Assembly (NCBI RefSeq): GCF_041248615.1
Contig: NZ_CP158426.1
DNA: 64,000 nt
From: Escherichia coli
Lineage (GTDB): Bacteria > Pseudomonadota > Gammaproteobacteria > Enterobacterales > Enterobacteriaceae
Direction: 5' to 3' (one strand)
The notes beneath the pieces were generated by a model. That model saw only the letters and a list, made by a program, of their open reading frames with translations. It ran no database searches and was not told the origin of the DNA. Within the stretch, counting starts at the first letter, position 1; each line of letters opens with the position of its first letter. Positions 55,413 through 64,000 of this stretch are shown here, piece by piece. The position numbers and the translations under genes are program-made.

Positions 55413-56438
55413 TTGAGTTTGATAATCTCACTTACCTCCACGGTAAACCGCAAGGCACCGGGCTGCTGAAAGCCAATCCGGAAGACTTTGTGGTGGTGGA
55501 AGATTTGGGCTTTGAGCCTGATGGTGAAGGTGAGCATATTCTGGTTAGAATCCTCAAAAACGGCTGCAATACCCGTTTTGTGGCGGATGCACTGGCGAAA
55601 TTCCTGAAAATTCATGCCCGTGAAGTCAGCTTCGCTGGGCAAAAAGACAAACATGCTGTTACGGAACAGTGGTTATGCGCTCGCGTGCCGGGCAAGGAAA
55701 TGCCCGATCTGAGCGCCTTTCAACTGGAAGGCTGCCAGGTGCTGGAGTATGCGCGGCACAAGCGCAAGCTGCGTTTAGGCGCGCTGAAAGGTAACGCCTT
55801 TACCTTGGTACTACGCGAAGTGAGCAATCGCGATGACGTTGAACAACGTCTGATCGATATTTGCGTAAAAGGTGTACCGAACTACTTCGGTGCCCAACGT
55901 TTTGGGATTGGCGGTAGCAACTTGCAGGGCGCGCTGCGCTGGGCGCAAACCAATACTCCGGTGCGCGATCGCAATAAACGGAGTTTTTGGTTGTCGGCAG
56001 CCCGCAGTGCGTTGTTTAATCAGATTGTTGCTGAGCGCCTCAAAAAAGCAGACGTTAATCAAGTTGTTGACGGCGATGCGCTACAATTAGCCGGACGTGG
56101 TAGCTGGTTTGTCGCAACCACCGAAGAACTGGCGGAATTACAGCGTCGCGTCAACGATAAAGAGCTAATGATAACCGCCGCATTGCCGGGCAGTGGCGAA
56201 TGGGGAACTCAGCGTGAAGCGTTGGCATTCGAACAAGCAGCTGTCGCCGCAGAAACTGAATTACAAGCCTTACTGGTGCGCGAAAAAGTTGAAGCCGCGC
56301 GTAGAGCGATGCTGCTGTATCCGCAACAATTAAGCTGGAACTGGTGGGATGACGTCACCGTAGAAATCCGTTTCTGGCTTCCGGCGGGAAGTTTTGCAAC
56401 CAGCGTTGTCAGGGAACTTATCAACACAACAGGTGATT

Positions 56439-56458
<20 letters not shown>
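55409..56458 (+). CDS. truD: tRNA pseudouridine(13) synthase TruD
   Basis: 349-aa ORF; start overlaps ispF stop. Confidence 0.85.
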
Positions 56459-57820
<1,362 letters not shown>

Positions 57821-57959
57821 AACGTGAGGAAATACCTGGATTTTTCCTGGTTATTTTGCCGCAGGTCAGCGTATCGTGAACATCTTTTCCAGTGTTCAGT
57901 ATGGTGCCTTGCACGGTAATTATGTCACTGGTTATTAACCAATTTTTCCTGGGGGATAA

Positions 57960-59099
57960 ATGAGCGCGGGAAGCCCAAAATTCACCGTTCGCCGCATTGC
58001 GGCTTTGTCACTGGTTTCGCTATGGCTGGCAGGCTGTTCTGACACTTCAAATCCACCGGCACCGGTCAGCTCCGTTAATGGCAATGCGCCTGCAAATACC
58101 AATTCTGGTATGTTGATTACGCCGCCGCCGAAAATGGGAACGACGTCTACAGCGCAGCAACCGCAAATTCAGCCGGTACAGCAGCCACAAATTCAGGCTA
58201 CTCAACAACCGCAAATCCAGCCAGTACAGCCAGTAGCTCAGCAGCCGGTACAGATGGAAAACGGACGCATCGTCTACAACCGTCAGTATGGGAACATTCC
58301 GAAAGGCAGTTATAGCGGCAGTACCTATACCGTGAAAAAAGGCGACACACTTTTCTATATCGCCTGGATTACTGGCAACGATTTCCGTGACCTTGCTCAG
58401 CGCAACAATATTCAGGCACCATACGCGCTGAACGTCGGTCAGACCTTACAGGTGGGTAATGCTTCCGGTACGCCAATCACTGGCGGAAATGCCATTACCC
58501 AGGCCGACGCAGCAGAGCAAGGAGTTGTGATCAAGCCTGCACAAAATTCCACCGTTGCTGTTGCGTCGCAACCGACAATTACGTATTCTGAGTCTTCGGG
58601 TGAACAGAGTGCTAACAAAATGTTGCCGAACAACAAGCCAACTGCGACCACGGTCACAGCGCCTGTAACGGTACCAACAGCAAGCACAACCGAGCCGACT
58701 GTCAGCAGTACATCAACCAGTACGCCTATCTCCACCTGGCGCTGGCCGACTGAGGGCAAAGTGATCGAAACCTTTGGCGCTTCTGAGGGGGGCAACAAGG
58801 GGATTGATATCGCAGGCAGCAAAGGACAGGCAATTATCGCGACCGCAGATGGCCGCGTTGTTTATGCCGGTAACGCGCTGCGCGGCTACGGTAATCTGAT
58901 TATCATCAAACATAATGATGATTACCTGAGTGCCTACGCCCATAACGACACAATGCTGGTCCGGGAACAACAAGAAGTGAAGGCGGGGCAAAAAATAGCA
59001 ACCATGGGTAGCACCGGAACCAGTTCAACACGCTTGCATTTTGAAATTCGTTACAAGGGGAAATCCGTAAACCCGCTGCGTTATTTGCCGCAGCGATAA
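57960..59099 (+). CDS. nlpD: Murein hydrolase activator lipoprotein NlpD (LysM plus M23-like)
   Basis: 379-aa ORF with lipobox LAGCS and Q/P-rich repeats. Confidence 0.85.
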   Translation: MSAGSPKFTVRRIAALSLVSLWLAGCSDTSNPPAPVSSVNGNAPANTNSGMLITPPPKMGTTSTAQQPQIQPVQQPQIQATQQPQIQPVQPVAQQPVQMENGRIVYNRQYGNIPKGSYSGSTYTVKKGDTLFYIAWITGNDFRDLAQRNNIQAPYALNVGQTLQVGNASGTPITGGNAITQADAAEQGVVIKPAQNSTVAVASQPTITYSESSGEQSANKMLPNNKPTATTVTAPVTVPTASTTEPTVSSTSTSTPISTWRWPTEGKVIETFGASEGGNKGIDIAGSKGQAIIATADGRVVYAGNALRGYGNLIIIKHNDDYLSAYAHNDTMLVREQQEVKAGQKIATMGSTGTSSTRLHFEIRYKGKSVNPLRYLPQR

Positions 59100-59161
59100 A
59101 TCGGCGGAACCAGGCTTTTGCTTGAATGTTCCGTCAAGGGATCACGGGTAGGAGCCACCTT

Positions 59162-60154
59162 ATGAGTCAGAATACGCTGAAAGTTCATGATTTAAATGAA
59201 GATGCGGAATTTGATGAGAACGGAGTTGAGGTTTTTGACGAAAAGGCCTTAGTAGAAGAGGAACCCAGTGATAACGATTTGGCCGAAGAGGAACTGTTAT
59301 CGCAGGGAGCCACACAGCGTGTGTTGGACGCGACTCAGCTTTACCTTGGTGAGATTGGTTATTCACCACTGTTAACGGCCGAAGAAGAAGTTTATTTTGC
59401 GCGTCGCGCACTGCGTGGAGATGTTGCCTCCCGCCGCCGGATGATCGAGAGTAACTTGCGTCTGGTGGTAAAAATTGCCCGCCGTTATGGCAATCGTGGT
59501 CTGGCGTTGCTGGACCTGATCGAAGAGGGCAACCTGGGGCTGATCCGCGCGGTAGAGAAGTTTGACCCGGAACGTGGTTTCCGCTTCTCAACATACGCAA
59601 CCTGGTGGATTCGCCAGACGATCGAACGGGCGATTATGAACCAAACCCGTACTATTCGTTTGCCGATTCACATCGTAAAGGAGCTGAACGTTTACCTGCG
59701 AACCGCACGCGAGTTGTCCCATAAACTGGACCACGAACCAAGTGCGGAAGAGATCGCAGAGCAACTGGATAAGCCAGTTGATGACGTCAGCCGTATGCTT
59801 CGTCTTAACGAGCGCATTACCTCGGTAGACACCCCGCTGGGTGGTGATTCCGAAAAAGCGTTGCTGGACATCCTGGCCGATGAAAAAGAGAACGGTCCGG
59901 AAGATACCACGCAAGATGACGATATGAAGCAGAGCATCGTCAAATGGCTGTTCGAGCTGAACGCCAAACAGCGTGAAGTACTGGCACGTCGATTCGGTTT
60001 GCTGGGGTACGAAGCGGCAACACTGGAAGATGTAGGTCGTGAAATTGGCCTCACCCGTGAACGTGTTCGCCAGATTCAGGTTGAAGGCCTGCGCCGTTTG
60101 CGCGAAATCCTGCAAACGCAGGGGCTGAATATCGAAGCGCTGTTCCGCGAGTAA
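59162..60154 (+). CDS. rpoS: RNA polymerase sigma factor RpoS (sigma-38)
   Basis: ORF 59126-60154; start [30 protein letters not shown] at 59162 (330 aa). Confidence 0.95.
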   Translation: MSQNTLKVHDLNEDAEFDENGVEVFDEKALVEEEPSDNDLAEEELLSQGATQRVLDATQLYLGEIGYSPLLTAEEEVYFARRALRGDVASRRRMIESNLRLVVKIARRYGNRGLALLDLIEEGNLGLIRAVEKFDPERGFRFSTYATWWIRQTIERAIMNQTRTIRLPIHIVKELNVYLRTARELSHKLDHEPSAEEIAEQLDKPVDDVSRMLRLNERITSVDTPLGGDSEKALLDILADEKENGPEDTTQDDDMKQSIVKWLFELNAKQREVLARRFGLLGYEAATLEDVGREIGLTRERVRQIQVEGLRRLREILQTQGLNIEALFRE

Positions 60155-60170
60155 GTAAGCATCTGTCAGA

Positions 60171-60206
60171 AAGGCCAGTCTCAAGCGAGGCTGGCCTTTT
60201 TCTTTT
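60171..60206. terminator. Intrinsic terminator after rpoS (also serves convergent MarR-like gene)
   Basis: AGGCCAGTCTC/GAGGCTGGCCT stem followed by TTTTTCTTTTG. Confidence 0.6.
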
Positions 60207-60274
60207 GTTTGGGAAGTCGGTGTGTTTTGTCGCCTGGATAAGACTCGTCAGCGTCCTACCCGGCAATCAGCATC

Positions 60275-60682
60275 CTATTTGCTCATCATCTTGCGCACCA
60301 ACTGCATAAACAGCTCCTTCTCTTCTGCACTCAAACGCCCCAAAAATTCCTCATCCACACTGTCACCAATGGGGATCGCCGCAGCAAGTACCTTTTCTCC
60401 TTCGGCAGTCAGCCAGACAAAGCGACGCCGCTTGTCAGCGGCGTCATGTTCACGTCTGACTAAGCCACGATTTTCCATTCTTGCCAACATTTCTGCCAGC
60501 GTTGCTTTGGTGCTGACTGCTGCTTCTATCAGTGCCACCTGTTCGATACCAGGCTTATCAGCAATGGCGCGCATCACCGCGTACTGTGGTTTGGTGAGGT
60601 TAGGTAACTCGTGCTGCCAGCGAGCCGTGTGCTGCTGAAAAAGCTGTCGTAACTGATGGAACGCTTTATTTCGTAACGCCAT
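60275..60682 (-). CDS. MarR/SlyA-family transcriptional regulator, divergent from the decarboxylase operon
   Basis: ORF 60275-60715; likely start MALRNKAFHQLRQLF; winged-helix MarR-like sequence. Confidence 0.7.
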   Translation of the reverse strand: MALRNKAFHQLRQLFQQHTARWQHELPNLTKPQYAVMRAIADKPGIEQVALIEAAVSTKATLAEMLARMENRGLVRREHDAADKRRRFVWLTAEGEKVLAAAIPIGDSVDEEFLGRLSAEEKELFMQLVRKMMSK

Positions 60683-60828
60683 GTAAACTCCGGGCAAACT
60701 ATCTGCCGCTATCATAGCGGTTTTTCAGTGACGAAGAAGATGTTGTTACTTTTCAGTGCTTGCCGCGATGAAAACAGAGGCGTATTTTAATAATAACGTT
60801 CGTATACGAATAATTAAGAGAATAAACA

Positions 60829-61422
60829 ATGAGACTGATCGTCGGGATGACAGGGGCTACCGGTGCGCCTCTTGGGGTGGCATTACTGCAAGCGCTGCGG
60901 GAGATGCCGAATGTCGAGACTCATCTGGTGATGTCGAAGTGGGCGAAAACCACCATTGAACTGGAAACGCCTTACAGCGCTCGCGATGTTGCTGCCCTCG
61001 CAGACTTCAGTCATAACCCGGCGGATCAGGCGGCGACCATCTCCTCAGGTTCCTTTCGTACCGACGGCATGATCGTTATTCCGTGCAGTATGAAAACGCT
61101 CGCCGGTATCCGTGTCGGTTACGCCGATGGCCTGGTAGGGCGCGCGGCGGACGTCGTGCTCAAAGAAGGCCGCAAACTAGTGCTGGTGCCGCGTGAAATG
61201 CCGCTTAGCACAATCCATCTCGAAAATATGCTCGCACTTTCGCGCATGGGCGTGGCGATGGTGCCGCCGATGCCTGCCTTTTATAACCATCCCGAAACGG
61301 TAGATGACATTGTCCACCACGTGGTAGCCCGCGTGCTGGATCAATTTGGCCTCGAACATCCTCACGCCAGGCGCTGGCAAGGATTGCCGCAGGCCCGGAA
61401 TTTTTCTCAGGAGAATGAATAA
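60829..61422 (+). CDS. ecdB: UbiX/Pad1-family flavin prenyltransferase (EcdB/KpdB-like)
   Basis: 197-aa ORF MRLIVGMTGATGAPLGVALLQAL... Confidence 0.8.
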   Translation: MRLIVGMTGATGAPLGVALLQALREMPNVETHLVMSKWAKTTIELETPYSARDVAALADFSHNPADQAATISSGSFRTDGMIVIPCSMKTLAGIRVGYADGLVGRAADVVLKEGRKLVLVPREMPLSTIHLENMLALSRMGVAMVPPMPAFYNHPETVDDIVHHVVARVLDQFGLEHPHARRWQGLPQARNFSQENE

Positions 61423-62849
61423 TGGCATTTGATGATTTACGCAGCTTTTTACAGGCGCTTGATGACCACGGCCAGTTACTGAAAATCAGCGAAGAGGTGA
61501 ACGCGGAACCGGATCTGGCAGCCGCAGCCAACGCCACCGGGCGTATCGGCGACGGCGCGCCCGCGCTTTGGTTTGATAATATTCGCGGCTTTATCGATGC
61601 CCGCGTGGCAATGAACACCATCGGTTCCTGGCAGAACCACGCGATTTCCCTCGGCCTGCCGCCAAACACCCCGGTTAAAAAACAGATTGATGAGTTTATC
61701 CGCCGCTGGGATAACTTCCCCATTACCCCGGAGCGCCGCGCCAATCCAGCCTGGGCGCAGAACACCGTCGATGGCGACGAGATCAACCTGTTCGATATTC
61801 TGCCGCTGTTTCGTTTAAACGACGGTGATGGCGGTTTCTATCTCGATAAAGCGTGCGTGGTTTCCCGCGATCCGCTCGACCCGGATAACTTCGGCAAGCA
61901 GAACGTCGGCATCTACCGCATGGAAGTGAAGGGCAAACGTAAGCTCGGCCTGCAACCGGTGCCGATGCACGATATCGCTCTGCATCTGCATAAAGCGGAA
62001 GAACGCGGTGAAGATCTGCCGATTGCCATCACCCTGGGTAACGATCCGATCATCACCCTGATGGGCGCCACGCCGCTGAAATACGATCAGTCTGAGTACG
62101 AAATGGCGGGCGCGCTGCGCGAAAGCCCGTACCCGATCGCCACCGCCCCGCTGACCGGTTTTGATGTGCCGTGGGGCTCGGAAGTGATCCTCGAAGGGGT
62201 TATCGAAAGTCGTAAACGTGAGATTGAAGGGCCGTTCGGTGAGTTTACCGGCCACTACTCCGGCGGGCGTAACATGACCGTGGTGCGTATCGATAAAGTC
62301 TCTTACCGTACCAAACCGATTTTCGAATCGCTCTATCTTGGTATGCCGTGGACCGAAATCGACTACCTGATGGGGCCTGCCACCTGCGTGCCGCTGTATC
62401 AGCAACTGAAAGCCGAGTTCCCGGAAGTGCAGGCGGTAAACGCCATGTACACCCACGGCCTGTTGGCGATTATCTCCACCAAAAAACGCTACGGCGGCTT
62501 TGCCCGCGCGGTGGGCCTGCGTGCAATGACCACGCCGCACGGTCTGGGCTACGTGAAGATGGTGATTATGGTCGATGAAGACGTTGATCCGTTCAACCTG
62601 CCGCAGGTGATGTGGGCGCTCTCCTCGAAAGTGAACCCGGCAGGCGACCTGGTGCAGTTGCCAAATATGTCCGTGCTGGAACTCGACCCTGGCTCAAGCC
62701 CGGCGGGGATCACCGACAAGCTGATTATCGACGCCACCACGCCTGTCGCCCCGGACAACCGTGGTCACTACAGCCAGCCGGTGGTGGATTTACCGGAAAC
62801 CAAAGCCTGGGCTGAAAAACTGACCGCTATGCTGGCCGCACGTAAATAA
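61422..62849 (+). CDS. ecdC: UbiD-family reversible hydroxyarylic acid decarboxylase (EcdC/KpdC-like)
   Basis: 475-aa ORF; start overlaps ecdB stop. Confidence 0.8.
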   Translation: MAFDDLRSFLQALDDHGQLLKISEEVNAEPDLAAAANATGRIGDGAPALWFDNIRGFIDARVAMNTIGSWQNHAISLGLPPNTPVKKQIDEFIRRWDNFPITPERRANPAWAQNTVDGDEINLFDILPLFRLNDGDGGFYLDKACVVSRDPLDPDNFGKQNVGIYRMEVKGKRKLGLQPVPMHDIALHLHKAEERGEDLPIAITLGNDPIITLMGATPLKYDQSEYEMAGALRESPYPIATAPLTGFDVPWGSEVILEGVIESRKREIEGPFGEFTGHYSGGRNMTVVRIDKVSYRTKPIFESLYLGMPWTEIDYLMGPATCVPLYQQLKAEFPEVQAVNAMYTHGLLAIISTKKRYGGFARAVGLRAMTTPHGLGYVKMVIMVDEDVDPFNLPQVMWALSSKVNPAGDLVQLPNMSVLELDPGSSPAGITDKLIIDATTPVAPDNRGHYSQPVVDLPETKAWAEKLTAMLAARK

Positions 62850-62859
62850 GGAGAACAAG

Positions 62860-63096
62860 ATGATTTGTCCACGTTGTGCTGATGAACAGATTGAAGTGAT
62901 GGCGAAATCGCCGGTAAAAGATGTCTGGACAGTCTATCAGTGCCAGCATTGCCTCTATACCTGGCGCGATACCGAACCGCTTCGCCGCACCAGCCGCGAA
63001 CATTACCCGGAAGCGTTTCGTATGACGCAGAAAGACATTGATGACGTGCCAATGGTGCCGAGCATTCCGCCGCTGCTGGCGGAAGGTAAGCGTTAA
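62860..63096 (+). CDS. ecdD: Small decarboxylase subunit (EcdD/KpdD-like), Cys-rich
   Basis: 78-aa ORF MICPRCADEQIEVMAKSP..YQCQHCLYTW with two CxxC pairs. Confidence 0.7.
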   Translation: MICPRCADEQIEVMAKSPVKDVWTVYQCQHCLYTWRDTEPLRRTSREHYPEAFRMTQKDIDDVPMVPSIPPLLAEGKR

Positions 63097-63136
63097 TAAA
63101 AAGTGCCGGGTAGTGGCTTTGCTTTACCCGGCCTCA

Positions 63137-63793
63137 TTACTTTATTTTATAAAATGACAGCCGCCCGCTTTTCGGCGATCCGGTATCAATATAAATCTGG
63201 TTTGCGAACGTCTGAATGTTATCAAACATCATATGTCCAAATATAAAATAATCAGCGCCGTTTATTTGTTGTAACTCGCCATTAAGCGATTTCTGCACAC
63301 GATCAACAGGCCAGAGTAATTCTCTCTCCGCTATTTCTTTGCCAAAGAGATATTCACTCCCCGGATAATCTGCATGTGCGATGACATATTTTATTATGTC
63401 GTTAGTGATTTCAATAATATGTGGAAGGTGATGAAATTTCAGCAACAGATCTATTGCTTCTTGTTGTTCCGTCTCATTTAATTCAAAGAACCAGTCGCCG
63501 CCGCTGGCAAGCCACATATTGCCATCGCCGGTCGCGAACGCATCCAACGCCATCGCTTCATGGTTGCCTTTAACCGATGTAAACCAGGGCTGGTTTAGCA
63601 GGTGCAGCACGTTAAGACTCTCCGGCCCACGATCAATATTATCGCCGACAGAAATAAGTAAGTCGGCTTCAGGGCAAAAAGAGAGTTGATGTAAGCGGGA
63701 TTGTAATAATTGATAGTCACCATGAATATCACCAACGGCCCATATATGGCGATAGTGATGGGCATTGATTTTTTGATAGCGTGTAGATGGCAT
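63137..63793 (-). CDS. pphB: Serine/threonine protein phosphatase 2 PphB (PrpB)
   Basis: 218-aa ORF with metallophosphoesterase motifs GDIHGD, GDNIDRG, GNHE. Confidence 0.8.
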   Translation of the reverse strand: MPSTRYQKINAHHYRHIWAVGDIHGDYQLLQSRLHQLSFCPEADLLISVGDNIDRGPESLNVLHLLNQPWFTSVKGNHEAMALDAFATGDGNMWLASGGDWFFELNETEQQEAIDLLLKFHHLPHIIEITNDIIKYVIAHADYPGSEYLFGKEIAERELLWPVDRVQKSLNGELQQINGADYFIFGHMMFDNIQTFANQIYIDTGSPKSGRLSFYKIK

Positions 63794-63898
63794 GGTTTTA
63801 CCCTGTAAAATAAGCTTTCCTATTATACAGGGTATTTTTATTTGATTCGTCAGTTGTCGTTAATATTCCCGATAGCAAAAGACTATCGGGAATTGTTA

Positions 63899-64000
63899 TT
63901 ACACCAGACTCTTCAAGCGATAAATCCATTCCAGCGCCTGACGCGGGGTGAGTGAATCCGGGTCCAGGTTTTCCAGTGCCTCGACCGCAGGCGACGTTTC
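63899..64000 (-). CDS. mutS: DNA mismatch repair protein MutS, C-terminal end only (5' part beyond window)
   Basis: Minus-strand frame ends ...[15 protein letters not shown]; stop at complement 63899-63901. Confidence 0.75.

Overview
This window reads as a 64-kb Escherichia coli chromosomal segment running from ppnN (ygdH) to the 3' end of mutS, in reverse orientation relative to the K-12 map. All gene calls rest on reading the six-frame ORFs, recalled protein families and K-12 synteny; no database search was run. Content in order: ppnN, queF, syd, csrB sRNA, yqcC, truC, yqcA, gudPXD, barA, rlmD, relA, mazG, pyrG, eno, ygcG, queE, an orphan CRISPR array, ygcE, yqcE, ygcW, ygcU, ygcS, ygcRQ, ygcPON, queD, cysJIH, a hok-like toxin locus, a complete type I-E cas operon (cas3, casABCDE, cas1, cas2) with its CRISPR array, iap, cysDNC, ygbE, ftsB, ispDF, truD, surE, pcm, nlpD, rpoS, a MarR-like regulator with UbiX/UbiD-type decarboxylase genes (ecdBCD-like), pphB and mutS. 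The strain is not K-12-like at three points: mazEF is absent between relA and mazG, the cas operon is a divergent I-E variant, and the rpoS-pphB interval carries the decarboxylase island. The most interesting unexplained signal is in the ygcW/yqcE divergent region: two mirror-image leader elements, each a conserved small hairpin overlapping an intrinsic terminator placed about 25 nt before the start codon, each about 42 bp from a CRP-consensus site. The two hairpins differ by compensatory base changes, which argues for a conserved RNA antitermination switch; the GlpP-family antiterminator gene ygcP in the same cluster is the candidate regulator. No tRNA, rRNA, IS element or prophage was recognised.
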